From positions 235,230,001-235,294,000 of the forward strand of contig NC_058368.1 in the NCBI RefSeq assembly GCF_018350175.1: a stretch of 64,000 nt of DNA, in the 5' to 3' direction. The DNA is from Felis catus. Taxonomy: Eukaryota. Position 1 is the stretch's first letter. Each line of letters starts with the position of its first letter. The notes beneath the pieces are model-generated. The model made no database searches. It was not told where the DNA came from and saw only the letters and a program-made list of their open reading frames with translations. Below, one piece after another: positions 48,690 to 61,108 of this stretch. The translations under genes were made by a program, and so were the position numbers.

Positions 48690-48890
48690 TAGCTGGGCTC
48701 ATAACAGTAACTATATCCTAGGGCCTGAGGCTTAAATTAGATTAAACTAGATGTAAGGCACCTGAAACAGAGTAAGTTCTGTAAACAGTAGGCATCACCA
48801 TCATCGTCATTTCATTATCATCTCCACTATGCTTGTCCTCATCACCATCACAGCCACTGTCATCACCACAGCCATCATCATCATCATTCT
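48690..48890 (+). mobile_element. MIR 3' fragment ending in a degenerate (CAT)n tract
   Basis: 'gggctcataacagtaactatatcctaggg...gattaaactagatgtaaggcacctgaaacag', then catcaccatcatc repeats at 48793-48888. Confidence 0.65.
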
Positions 48891-50210
48891 GGAGCCGGTG
48901 TGCTATTTCTTAACTTCTTGGTTTTTTCCAGCCTCCCGCACTCTGGAGTGCTCCACCCCAGGCCTCCGGAACTAAATGTGCCCAGCCGTGCCCACCACAG
49001 AGGCACGGGCAAGGCGCTGCGTGCCCCCCGCCCTGACTACGTGAAAATAAGCAGGGATGCCTGTCGACGGCCAACGGCGCACCACGTTAGTCAGACCCAC
49101 CACAGCCCGGCCTGGACACATGGCTTTGAGCTCATGGACACGGACGAGGAGGACCTGGGTCCCGGGAAGCAGCGTGACCAGATGGCTAAGAATAAAGATA
49201 GTAAGAAACTGGCTGCCTGTGATCTTGAAAGTGCAACTGACTTGTGGCCGCAGGGAGCCTGTTTTGAGACTCTTTGGCCTTGAGGCTTTGAATGGAGCTC
49301 ATCGTGATGCGTGTCTGTTCTGCTTATTTATAGTGATGAGATAAAACCCAGGTGAGTTATTTGGCAGCAGGGAATGCTGCTGTTTTTAATCAAAGCCAAT
49401 AAAAAGACAATCTCTTTATTGAAAAGATGTACCCTCAAGGCCTTTTACAGACTGCAGATGCGTGCACCTTAATCTCACATTCCTTTGAAAAGAGAACGCT
49501 CTTGAAAAGCAATCTATATGTTCCTAATGTCACAAGGAAATACCTGAATAGTTCTGTCCTTCTGAACCAGAAAAGAAAAGAAAGGGGGGAAAAAATAAGC
49601 CTGCTGGGACACGGGAGCCACCTCATGTCACAAGCTGGAAGGCCGCAAGCTGGGGGGAAAACCAAGGTCAAGGCCATCAAAGCGGCGGGCTGCTAAGAGG
49701 CAAATTCGATCTGGCAACAGAAACGCGAGAAGTCAAGACAATGGCGGACATGTGAGCACGGAAAGGCTGAACAGACCAGCAGAGCCCAGTGCGTCTGCGG
49801 TTATGGCTGCAGGTGCATGTACGTGCCGTCAGAAAAGACTTCACACCCACAAGTCAAGGAGAAGTTGCACGTCGGCTGATATCTCCTATACAACGACGAC
49901 GAGCAACAGAGGCACATGGGTAATGGCTCTGGAAAAGCAGTAGAAAGCACATCGGCCTCCGTGCGTGCTCCCAGGGAGAGACCTACAGGGACAGGTGCCC
50001 GGGTCGTGCGCACAGGCGCGGCACGGTCTTCTGCCGAGCGGGGCAGAGGGATGATCTCTCTGGTGGTGTTGCTAAGGAAAACCATTCTCTCTTACCTATT
50101 CACTTCTCGCCCCTTTATAGACAACAGTGTATATAAAATATATCTTTGTCACTGGGTTTCTAATGTGATTTCTTCACCCAACTAGATCGGAAGCAAATCG
50201 TTATGTCTAA

Positions 50211-50425
50211 TTTTCTTTGAACGTTTCGTTTATTTATTTATTTTGAGGGACAGAGAGAGCACAAGTGGGAGAGGAGCAGAGAGGGAGAGAATCCCAAGCA
50301 GGGTCCACACTATGAGCGCAAAGCCTGAGGGATGATGCGAGGCTAGGACCCACGAACTGTGAGATTGTGACCCGAGCCGAAATCGAGCGTCAGACGGTTA
50401 CCCGACGGAGCCACCCAGGCTCCCC
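50211..50425 (-). mobile_element. Can-SINE (older subfamily)
   Basis: tttatttatt tail; 'gagagaatcccaagcagggtccacact'; head 'gagccacccaggctcccc'. Confidence 0.93.
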
Positions 50426-50458
50426 AGTTTCTCTTTATTTTTTAAAATACCGGTTTGT

Positions 50459-50672
50459 GGGGGCGCCTGGGTGGCGCAGTCGGTTAAGCGTCCGACTTCA
50501 GCCAGGTCATGATCTCGCGGTCCGTGAGTTCGAGCCCCGCGTCAGGCTCTGGGCTGATGGCTCAGAGCCTGGAGCCTGTTTCCGATTCTGTGTCTCCCTC
50601 TCTCTCTGCCCCTCCCCCGTTCATGCTCTGTCTCTGTGTCCCAAAAATAAATAAACGTTGAAAAAAAAATTT
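50459..50672 (+). mobile_element. Young feline SINEC_Fc
   Basis: Perfect TSD aaaataccggtttgtgg at 50444-50460 and 50673-50689. Confidence 0.98.
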
Positions 50673-50874
50673 AAAATACCGGTTTGTGGTTGCAAATACA
50701 ATTTCTCCATTTCTCCGGTGGTTTCACTATTCCCACGTGACTCTGACCGCCGAACCCAGTGATACCTTGAGGAGTTTTCATCACAAAAAGAATATGCAGA
50801 ATGAGCGAAGCTGAGGGGCACTGGGACTCGGGGGGCCTGAGCTCCAGGGGATAAACGTGTGTGTGCTCACAGAG

Positions 50875-51248
50875 TACGGACCGGGTAGGAGAGCGCCTCT
50901 CCCCGGACCCACGTCCACCCTGGGCTGCATGGTGTGACTTTATTTGAAAGCGAGGTCCTTGCAGGTGGCATTGGTTCAAATGAGGTCCTTCTGGGTTCGG
51001 CTGGGTTCTCACCCAAGGACTGGTGTCCTCATACAAGGAAGACAGGGACGCAGCAACAACAGGGAAGAAGGCCACGTGAAGACAGGCAGTGAACGAGGTA
51101 ATGTGTCCACTGGCCCAGGAACACTGGGGATTGCCAGCAACCACCAGAAGCGGGTGAAGCAAGGAGAGATCTCCCTTCGAAGCTTCAGGAGAACACAAGC
51201 CATCAAGCGTGTGGCACTTTGTTACCGCAGCTGCCGGAAAGCCGTGCC
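50875..51248 (+). mobile_element. MLT1C-like LTR with internal deletion
   Basis: 'gtgtgactttatttgaaagcgaggtccttgcaggtg', 'gaaggccacgtgaagacaggcag', 'ggattgccagcaaccaccagaagc'. Confidence 0.85.
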
Positions 51249-51752
51249 CGGTCCCGTGGCCATCTGGAGAACGGAGTTCACAGAACAGCACCCTCCAGGG
51301 ACCCTTACACACTGAGCATTCAAGTGCCTTTTGGAATCTGTGAAGGGAAGCACCTGTGCGAGTAGATCAGGAAAGCCCTCCCTTGGGTGACTGTGCCAAG
51401 GCGCGGAGCTCTGACGGGTACTCTGTCCTGCCCTGCGTGACGTGCGCCACCGGGGGTCCGCCAGTGCCGTGCGTGTGAGGACCAGGCTGATGGGAAGCGA
51501 CGCCTTTAATCATCTAGCCTGCGTTTTCAAAAGCCTGGACTGGCTTTCGCTCTACCGTCCGCGGTTTTTAGCTGAGATTCTGGAAGCCTCACCTGGTCTT
51601 TCCGGCCGCCTCCGCATCTGCCATGACGCCCATGCCGGTCCCGCCCTGCCCCATCTCTCCCTCCCCTGGCCCTTTCGCTCTCCCCCCCTGTATGCCAGGC
51701 TTCCTCCAGCCCCCTTGCACCTCGTGAGCCTTTCTCGTCCCTGCACACACAG

Positions 51753-52218
51753 GTGCATTAGTTTCTGGGTCACTGACGCAGCACCTCTTTCTTTCTCTGA
51801 AGCAAACTTCGTGGCCGAAACCCACAAAAATTGTACCCTCCCACAGCTCTGGAGGCCAGACGTGTGCAGTCAAGGTGTCGGCAGGGTCCCCGCGGGCTGC
51901 AGGGAAGAGTCCCGTGCCTCCTAGTTTCTGGCACTGCAGACGATCCTCGGGGGTCCTTGGCTCGTGGCCACATCACACTGATCTCCGCCTCTAGCATCCC
52001 CGTGCCGCTCTCCCTACATGTCTCCGTCTCTGTATTTCTCCCCTCAGAAGAACATCAAAGGCCGAGTAGGGTCCAACCTACCCCCGCAAGACCTCACGTT
52101 AAGCCTCGGCAAAGACCCTATTTCTGAAGAAACGCACATTCGCCCTGTACTAGGGGTAGGAGTTGGACAGGTCTTCGGTGGGGGGGGGGGGGGGGGGAGA
52201 CACAGGTCAGCTGACGGC
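51753..52218 (-). mobile_element. MLT1C-like LTR
   Basis: 'tgcattagtttc...cacagctctggaggccagacg...caaggtgtcggcaggg...gcaaagaccctatttc'. Confidence 0.85.
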
Positions 52219-53599
52219 TGGAGACCTGGCCCTCTCTCCCACTGTCACCACTCCCTGCCTGCAGCCAGCCCTGCAGGGCAGGTGATGACCCTGTTTCGGA
52301 ACCTTGTTCTTGCCCGCACAGGGTCTGGGCCTGGCGATCTCTGGGCCCCACCTGTGCTCTCAGCCCTTCTGCCCCTCAGGACACACACGGGCCCGTCTGC
52401 TGAGGGCCCGCCTTTTGGGGGGTCAGAGCTCCCCAGTGCCCTCGGCTTCAGGAGAAAGCGGCAGACCCAAGTGGGTCCCTGACAGACCACAGCTTCTGGG
52501 GAGGAGCGATTCTACACCCCGAATGACACGGTTACTCCCCACGCCGACACCAGCCAGGGCCTCCCGGAGCCCGCGTGGCCCTACTCTGCCTGCCGAACTT
52601 GAGCGGGTGTGCCCAGGGGAATGAGGCTGCTCGTTCGGGAAGAGGGCTTTGCCCACGTGGGGCCGGGGTCAGCAGGTGCAGGCCGACTCAGGCCACGGAA
52701 GACCCTCCATGTGCTCGGCTGCCTTCAGCAGCCCCGCGTCTGCCTCTTTGGAGGGTGTCCCGTGTACGGACGGTTCCCCAAAGGAAGCCCGAGGCGAGAA
52801 GGAGGCCGACACAGGAGAGTAAAAGCTAAACACAGGCACCAGTTGTGAAGGGCTCGCGGATGACCGGAGCCCTGCGTCATCAGAGCCTCGCCAGAGCCTG
52901 GAGGTGGGCGTCTGGATCCGATAAGGAGGCCGGGATGCGGGTACAGCGGCCTGGTCGGGCCCACGTGAGTCAGTCGAGGGCAGGGCTGAGGCCTGAAGCC
53001 CACAGCGTCTGACGCTGCAGTAATTAGCCACGGTGCCTCTGTGCCTCATCCCCGGGCGGCGCCCGGCTCAGGACGCTCCCACGTCTGTGTCATTTCCAGC
53101 TGCCACAAGAGCTTCCGTTTCAGCTGCAAACTCCTTGCCTCTCCAGCGAATGGGGTCAGGTGACAGCCGGAGCAGGGCTGCGGGTGGAGGTGTGGTGGGA
53201 TCAGAGCTGGGGCCCCACGGCTGACGCCGGCACCCGTGGCTGTGTGACTCTGGCACTCTGAGACTCCAAACACCTGCTGGTTCAAGTGGGTGGATGTGGC
53301 CCCTGGGCTGGTGTCGCTGAGCGGGCGCTGGGGTTACCGTCGGCTTCCTCGGGAGCAGCGAATCACAACACCCGCTCTGCCGTGGGAGAAAAATTCCCAG
53401 ATCCTCACCGTCCTGAAGGAGCCCCTACCACACCTTGCTGGGGCTCAGTTTCTTTCTACATAAAATAAAGAGACTGGATTGCGTCATCTTTGGGAGGTGA
53501 CATTAGTCTTTCACTAGAAAATTTCCACCAAGACCAAAGCTGACTTTGCCTCCAGTGGGGACAAACCAAAGCAAACCACGTGGTCACTGAGCCAAGTGC

Positions 53600-54340
53600 A
53601 TGCTGGCCTCCCCAAACAGCGGCCTCCCTGCTTGTCCTTAAAGTTGCCAGCTCCACCTCAGGACCTTTGCCTCTGCTATTCCCCCTGCCTGGGATGCCCC
53701 TTGGACAGCGGAATGCCTGGCCTCTGGATCCTACCCTTCCTTCAGGGACAGATGATCTGGGCTGTCCTGGGAGAAGGGAATGCATTCGGGATATGGGTCC
53801 AGGACACTGTTGTCCAGATTTACTGAGGGACAGGGACGTGGAGGGAATGAGAAATCAGTGTATGATCACTCTGAGTTCCCAGGCCCAGACAGTAGGCAGG
53901 ATGGAGCCACTGGGAACCGTGAGAGCAGGAGATAGAGAGCGAGGGCACGTCAGGGGTTATATCTAGACGTGTCACATCTAGGATGCCCCTTGGACTCCCA
54001 GGGGAAGACACTGGATAGCCACTTAGAGATGAAAGTCTGGAGTCAACATATTGCTCATGGCTGGAGGTACAGATCGGGAACCAAGAGCTAACGTGCAACG
54101 TTTAAAACCGGGAGAATTAAGTGTGAGCAGAGGAGGGAAGAGGCATGAAGGCTTGGAGGGCAGGGAGGGAGAGCGCCCTCAAAGGAGGCTGCCCAGGTGG
54201 AGGGGGCTGGAGCGCCACCAAGCACGGAAGGTGCCGAAAGGCAGGAGAAACCAGCTCCTTGCAACGGTATGCAAAGTGCTTTTCCCTCTTTCATGCGAGG
54301 AAAGGAGACAAGTAACTTGCCTAAGATCACTGAGCCGGTG
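53600..54340. mobile_element. Two L2 fragments in opposite orientation (~53600-53745 sense; ~53770-54340 antisense)
   Basis: 'cacctcaggacctttgcctctgctattccccctgcctgggatgcccc'; 'gaaagtctggagtc...ggctggaggtacagat'. Confidence 0.7.
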
Positions 54341-54565
54341 AGACACTGATTTGGGATTCAAATCCAGGTCCGCTGGAGTTGAGACACACAGACATTTCCA
54401 CCACAGTATCCTTACTGCTCGATAAAGGTTGGCATATTCTCTACAGTTATCATGCCGTATGTCATAGGCAGAGGAGTCCCGGGGCCACACCCCTTCCGAG
54501 TGCACTGCTTTAGGGGTATCAATTCTTTGTTTTTCCAAAGTTTTTAAAAAATTAAATAGAAGAAA

Positions 54566-54784
54566 GGGGTGCTGGGTGGCTCAGTTAAGCATCCGACTCT
54601 TGATTTTGGCTCAGGTCATGATCTCACGGTTTGTGAGATCGAGCTCCGCATCAGGCTCTGTGCTGACAGCATGGAACATGCTTGGGATTCTCTCCCTCTC
54701 TCACTCTCTCTCTGCCCCTCCCCTGCTCACACATGCTCTCTCTCTCTCTCTCTCTCTCTCAAAATAAATAAACATTAAAAAAAA
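54566..54784 (+). mobile_element. Can-SINE (older subfamily), first of a tandem pair
   Basis: 'ggggtgctgggtggctcagttaagcatccgactcttgattttggctcagg', (CT)n, tail. Confidence 0.95.
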
Positions 54785-54788
54785 TGCA

Positions 54789-54996
54789 GGGGTACCTGGG
54801 TGGCTCAGTCGGTTGGGCGTCCAACTTCGGCTCAGGTCATGATCTCGTGGTCCGTGAGTTCGAGCCCTGCGTCGGGCTCAGGGCTGACGGCTCAGAGCCT
54901 GGAGCCTGTTTCAGATTCTGTGTCGCCCTCTCTCTCTGACCCTCCCCCGTTCATGCTCTGTCTGTGTCTCAAAAATAAACATTAAAATTTTTTTTT
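54789..54996 (+). mobile_element. Can-SINE (SINEC_Fc-related), second of the tandem pair
   Basis: 'ggggtacctgggtggctcagtcggttgggcgtccaacttcggctcagg', tail with T-run. Confidence 0.95.
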
Positions 54997-55059
54997 AAAA
55001 ATTCAATACAGGAAAATGCATCCAGATGTATACAGCTAGACGAACGTCACAAACTCATC

Positions 55060-55822
55060 ATTCTCGATGAGCTCCTTATATCTGTGAATCAATGTCCTTC
55101 ATCAGTTTGGGGAAATTCTCAGTCATCATCTCTTTAAAGATCATCTCTGACCCATTCTCTGTTTCCTCACCTTTAGGGGCACTCACTCCATCAACATCTG
55201 ACCTTTCTCTTATGCTACTCTGTCCTTCCATTCTTTGTCATATTTTCCATCACTCACTCCTTCTGTGATCCAGTCTGCATCGTGTTTCTTCTGTGCCCTG
55301 GTTCGCAGGTGAAATTCTCCAACCTGACTTTTGATTCCTGAACATATTCACCAGTTGTTTTACGGTCCATGTCTGCTAATTCCACCCCCTCTGTTGTCAT
55401 TACATCACCAATCTGCAGGGAAGATTACCTCTCTCGTCAGACTGGTGGCCAGCGTGGGGTGAATTCACAGTGGAGCTCCTTCTTTGGGAGACCTGACCGG
55501 TTTTTGGTTTACCCCTACCCTTACATGCTATCCTGTGAGAGTCTCACCTGAAAGCCTGGACTTCTTCGAGATAGTCTCTGAGACTCCTTTCCTGTCCTTT
55601 CAGTTCTACAGATGCTGAGACATTTGGCTCCTGCAGTGTCTTGAGAGGAAAGTGGCACCTGACCTCAGGACTTGCCTCCTCAAATCCTGCACTGTTGAGA
55701 GCTCTGCAATGGCTACAGACCGATGCGTCTCTTTCCTTTTTATTGTGTTCAGTTTTCTTATTGTTCTCGGTGGGAAGGTTGTGCTGCGCTATCTAGACTT
55801 CCATCACCAGGAATAGAAGTCT
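55060..55822 (-). mobile_element. Ancient L1M/HAL1-like ORF1 and 5' region
   Basis: 'ttcatcagtttggggaaattctcagtcatcatctctttaaagat' (antisense of the IMxENFPxL region); 5' terminus 'ccatcaccaggaatagaagtc'. Confidence 0.7.
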
Positions 55823-56869
55823 CTTCTGAGTTGCTTAAAACAGCTTCACAGACGTTCCCCTGAAAGCATTCATCCGCCCATCAGTATGGCAGACGCCTAG
55901 AAAGACACAGTTCACCACGCAGTTCCCACAGGTATAAACACAAATGACTTCATGCAGTGCCTTAAGCACATTATTTCAAGTAATCTCCTTAATGAAGTTT
56001 TCTTCCCCCTGCTTCATTTTGCATCATAAAGGGCCTAAAGTGTTCACTTTTTTGAAACAATAAATCTCTCTCAAGTTTCATTTGTGTTGTTGTGTTCATA
56101 GAAACTGTCCACTCCTCATTAAAGCATGCAGAGCATTTTACTGTAAGTTTCCAAGCAGCAGTTGGGCCAGGATAAGGGGTTTCAAGATGGACAACCTAGC
56201 CTCAAACTTAATAAATGTATTTTTAAGGGGCAAAAAAGAACTTTAAGAAAGCAAAATGAGAGATCAGAGAAGTATAATCAAGCAAGTCAATCCTACACAG
56301 CCTCATTTTTTTTATCCATTTCCTCTTGAGATCCAGCTTGGAGAATGAGAGCCAATGATCAGTTTGAGTTGAACTCTTCCTCAGAGTTAGCCTGTGCTCA
56401 TCCCCCCACCCCCGCCCCCCGCCCCCAGTCCTCGTCACTCCCAGGACCCTGTCATGCAGCCTGAGTGTGAGGGCTGGGAAAAGAGGCAAGGAAGGAGAGC
56501 TCATTGTACAAAGTAGAGATGGGGGGCGGGGGGGCTGCCCCTGTATGAACAAGCAAAGATGTGCTCACAGATGCGTACGGGCAAGTCGGGGAGAAAACCT
56601 TGCAAGCTCCCTGCCTGATGAGTATTTTAGGTCACTTAGAAAACATACTCACTAAAAACATTAATCTCGTGTGCCAAACCTTATCAATTGGCAGGCACTG
56701 TGCTCAGAAAGATTCTGAGGCTGCATCAAGGTCAATGGCAAAGAACACTACCGCAAACGGGTGAAGTCAGCCACAGGCTCGGAGCTGCACCAGCCACTCC
56801 TCCCATTAGAATGTGTACAATGACAAGTATTCCAGAATTGCTGTGACACGTCAGGGTGCATCATTATTC

Positions 56870-56965
56870 TTTCACTTGTTTCTAACACAACCTCGTGATG
56901 TAGGTAAGACAGGTATCATACATCCCATTTTCAAGTAAGAAAACTGTACTATGGAACATAATGGA
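56870..56965 (-). mobile_element. MIR fragment
   Basis: 'cacaacctcgtgatgtaggtaagacaggtatcatacatcccattttcaagtaagaaaactg'. Confidence 0.65.
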
Positions 56966-57389
56966 ATTTGACCACATCACCCACAGATCCTTATTGACTA
57001 TTATCCCAATTTCTACTCAACTTTGCCACAGTTGTAAGGAAGACAGCAGGCACTGGATGCCCGGGGCATCGTGTAAAAAAACTGACCAGGCAACGATATT
57101 CGCAGGGCTGGTCTCAAACAACACAACAAATAACTCTCTAAAGAATAGCAAATAGTTCTGCCCATTCATGTTACAAAAAATGAACAGATAATTCATATTC
57201 TTTTATAAAACATAATTAAAATCTAAAAATTATGAATAATCATGAATATAGACTTTTTTCATATTACTGATGGAATACCATAAGTGGTTAGTGCTGTAAA
57301 CACATAAGAAAATATAAAAGGTGCCTCCAGGATTGAAAACTTTAGCTGATAATTATTGTGCATACCCAAAAACAAGGCAGAAAAAAAGC

Positions 57390-57620
57390 AGTTCACATCA
57401 GTAAAATAAATATTTAAGTGGACCATATGCCAAATGCATAGAGTACAATCTATGTATAGGATATACTAGAATATAATCTAGCATGGGTTAGATAAATGTA
57501 CAAATAACTATAATCCAAGACTAGATATGATACATGGCATTGCAGAGACGCAGAGAAAATGTCATGGGAGATCACTGAATCAGGAGATTTGGAACTAAGC
57601 CTTCAGAATGATGACGGCAG
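57390..57620 (-). mobile_element. L2 3' fragment
   Basis: 'aaataaatatttaagtggaccatatgcca', 'acaaataactataatccaag', 'tttggaactaagccttcagaatg'. Confidence 0.6.
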
Positions 57621-58199
57621 GAGCATGATTTCATTTTTATAAATATTTAAAATTTACTCTCAAATTCCAGAAGGAAAAAGAGAGAGAGAGGGAGAAGGAT
57701 TTCTTTCAACTTTGTGGATTGAACCTGCTCCTGTTGTCTTTCCTAGAATCCTCAGACGGGTATGAACAAACCAGGGCCCCCCATGTACTCCCGGCCATAC
57801 CCAGGAACCTTCCTTTGTAGGACGGCATATAACAAGCATTGCATAATAAACCGATTTATCTCAGAACTCATGGCATGGATTGTAGTTTCTGCTTAGAGAT
57901 CTTCAAAGGTGAATAAAAAGGAAAACGTCTTCTCCAAACGGATCCTAGAAACCAAGAATTGGATGTAATTCCTTCCACCTCAAATAGAAATATTGTTAGA
58001 CTATGCAACCTAGACTATTACTCACCTTCTTTTATGGCTCTCCTGGAAACAAGATATGAGAACTCCTTGCATCAAGCGTTTGGGCACAAAGTCCCTTTGG
58101 GCTGTGAGCTCTTCTTCTTCTCTTCAGGGTAAACACATGGGCACCAGGCACGTGGAGAGAGACTTCAGAGTTGCATTACTAATTTCTAAAGTTGCCGGT

Positions 58200-58710
58200 C
58201 CATGGGCAGTCTCAACAGTGGTGTCTCTTTGTTGTTGCCTCCCCTGAGACCTCCCCCTCAAGTCAGGCAGGCTTGTGACTGCTTCAGGCTGTCAATGTGG
58301 CAGAGGGGACACCACCTGACTTCTGGAGGGAGGTCATACAAGCCATGCAGCTTCCATGTGGCCTCTTGGAACATTCTCTCCTGGAATGCTCCTCCTCAGA
58401 GCCTGACCAAGCCTCGTGGAGAGGCCCCGCGAGGGCACTCCCGCTTACCCGTCCCAGCAAAGCTCAGCCTTCAAGTCTCCCCAGCCCAGACACCAGATGT
58501 CTCAGTGAGGGAGCTTCCAGATGCTTCTAATGCCAAACTCAGGTCACCCCAGCCATTCGAGTTTTCCAGATGAGACCTCCAAACCTTCTGCATTCTATAC
58601 AACTTCCTGAGCCGTTCTGGACCCATAGGGTTTGTGAGCATGATAAATGACTGTTGCTCTACCCCTCTCAGCTTGGGTTTGTCTGTTACACAGCGCTCAA
58701 TAACTACAAC
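58200..58710 (+). mobile_element. MLT1G/H-like LTR
   Basis: 'gacttctggagggaggtcatacaagccatgcagcttcc', 'cccagacaccagatgtctcagtgaggg', end 'gttacacagcgctcaataactacaaca'. Confidence 0.8.
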
Positions 58711-60613
58711 ACGTATCATGACTTGGGCCACGTCACTCAAACTTGCCCAGTGTCGACGTCATAACCCTCTTCTACCCTGAGCACATGGTCTCTGTCGGAC
58801 CTTCTGCAACTTTGCCATCCTTCACCCAGTTTGCACCCGGACTTTTCTCATTGTCATATTTGGGTTGGCTCGTTTCCATCTGAAAGCTGTCTTAATATTG
58901 TGCTCAGGTTCACTTGCACCGGATGCAATTAGGGACGACACGATCACGAATAGCTTTGTATGTGATTCTGTGCTTGAGTTTGGGATTGGTTTTATAAGAC
59001 AGATTTCCAGAAGTTCAATTACTAGCTGAAAGAGGATTAATGACTGTAGGCTCTGGAGGCACACTGTCAGATTTATTTTCAAAGAGTTGTAACAACTCAG
59101 AGTGACACCAATAACAGAGGAGCGTGTCCATGTCACGGCGCCCTCTCCAGCTAAATTAAGTTTTAAAATTAAGAAAAATATTAATTCGAAGCATCAAATG
59201 CACAGATTAATTTATCTCCCAAACACACGTGGATGAAGAGTCACAACAAGGGCGGCTAGAACAATAGGCACGTTCCAGTGTGGGATAAATACCAGATGAC
59301 GTGTGATTTGGAAGTGAAGAAAGCAAAAGAAAATCATAATTGTCAAGCCCGAGGGAGAGCAAGGAGGCGGGAGGGAATAATGCAGCAGCAGGGAAACTCA
59401 GAGGCCATGGCTAGGCGGCCGTGCCTAGAAGGGAGAGAGAGAAAAGCAGAAAACTCTGGGTGGCTGCGTGCATCACTGTCTCGGGGACGATTCTGAGGCT
59501 CCAGTAAAGCCCCTGGAGGCTGAGTGTCGAGGTGTGCTAGACGCGACTTCACTTCAGGGGGTTTTCAGGATCTCTGTGTCTGACGAGTAGACCAGGCATT
59601 GACTGGAAGGGCCCAGACAGGAGTCATCAAGAGAACGAGGGGAAATGCTGAGCACTGGGGTCACTGGGATAAAATTTCCACCCTGTTTATCATCCCTTTA
59701 GATAAATAGCATTAGGAAAAAAAAAAATATTTGGAATGGGAGCGAATGTGGCCCGAAATGTGATTCAAATATCCCCTACCACCGTTTTCCAACTAACGGC
59801 TCGTCTTCTTTCAGGTAAATGTGGTTCTTAGAAGGAAGAAATTTATGAGGACGTTCAAGATGGCATTTTAGGGAGTGTGTTCCTTGAAATCCCCCTGTTC
59901 AATGGCCCGCGTGCCGCGCTGTCCTATTTTTTCCCGGACACCAAGGGTTTGTGACAAAAACATCTGGCGTACGTGAGCTGGGTTTTGGCAACAGCACGTT
60001 ATGTAAATAAATATCTGCTTCAAATGCATCACACGGTTGCAACTGATGTCATCGGCTACCCAGTTTTCCAAGAACAATACGAAGTAAACCCCCAATTAAG
60101 CTTTCTCGACAGGAAGAGGACGACGGATAGGATGATCCGCGTCGTTCAGGCTCTGCTGTGTGCTCGCAAGCAGGACCCGTGTAATTCAGGGCACGCGGCA
60201 CTACGGTACTTGCAGAGAGAAACCCAGCTCCCCCCAGATCACGTGCACGTGCTCCGCACATACACCCCACGTGTCCCAACAGAATTTGGGTTTCTGCTTG
60301 GCCGGGAGGTGGGTAAATTCAATATTCCAGTTGATAGGGTAAGCCATATTTATATACCAGGTGGATTGCCCATCACTAAAGATCACCTGTATTTGCAGAC
60401 TGACCTGTGGTGTGAGAGACGCTTTCCCGTCTACCCCATTCCCTTCGCAAAATCCCGACAAAAAACGATTCATAGCCCCACTTTTCAAAAAGGTTCCCGG
60501 TGGGCCCGACTGCTCGTCTACACGTGAGGAGCCAGTGCTGCGGGCAGAAACCACACAAGCACCACAGAATGTGCCTTCAAATGTGCGTTCTCCGCGTGCA
60601 CCTGAGCTCCCAG

Positions 60614-60757
60614 CCTCCCCACCACACCCAGGCCCCCGGGCCTTCACCATACCCGGGTCCCCACCACGCCTGGGCACACAGGGCCCCACCACACCTGAAC
60701 CCACGGGCCCCACCACACCCGGGCTCCCAGAACTCCAGCCACACCTGGACCCACAGA
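60614..60757. repeat. Degenerate C-rich minisatellite (~24-bp unit, core gggccccaccacacc)
   Basis: About 6 variants of 'ccccaccacacc(c/t)gg'. Confidence 0.8.
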
Positions 60758-61108
60758 CCGCCAGGAGGCCTGAGCCCTCCTGCACTTCCAGCCTCCGTGG
60801 GGACTCTGTCTTCCGCCCGAGAGCCCCCCTGGGTTCGGCAGCCCTCGCCCACTGTTCCATCATATTCACCACGTGACCCTGTGGCACCTGCAGTTCTCCC
60901 GGTGAACCCAACACAGGCCCGTGGAGAATGAAAGACTTTGTAAGGTCTCAGGGGGTCTCAGGACAGCCTTCAACATCATTTCCTGAATCCCTGGTTTATG
61001 GGGGAACCCCTAATGGGACAGAAAGGCCTCTCTCCGCCCAGAGATCCCTGCTGCCCTCCGACCAGCTTTCTTCCCAGGTAGAGGGCATTCCTGTTTGGCA
61101 CCCATTGA

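Noticed and set aside
53692..53995. Exact 15-bp repeat ggatgccccttggac at 53692 and 53981
   Set aside because: Each copy lies in a different L2 fragment and resembles its own L2 context, and no insertion structure lies between them. Treated as coincidence.
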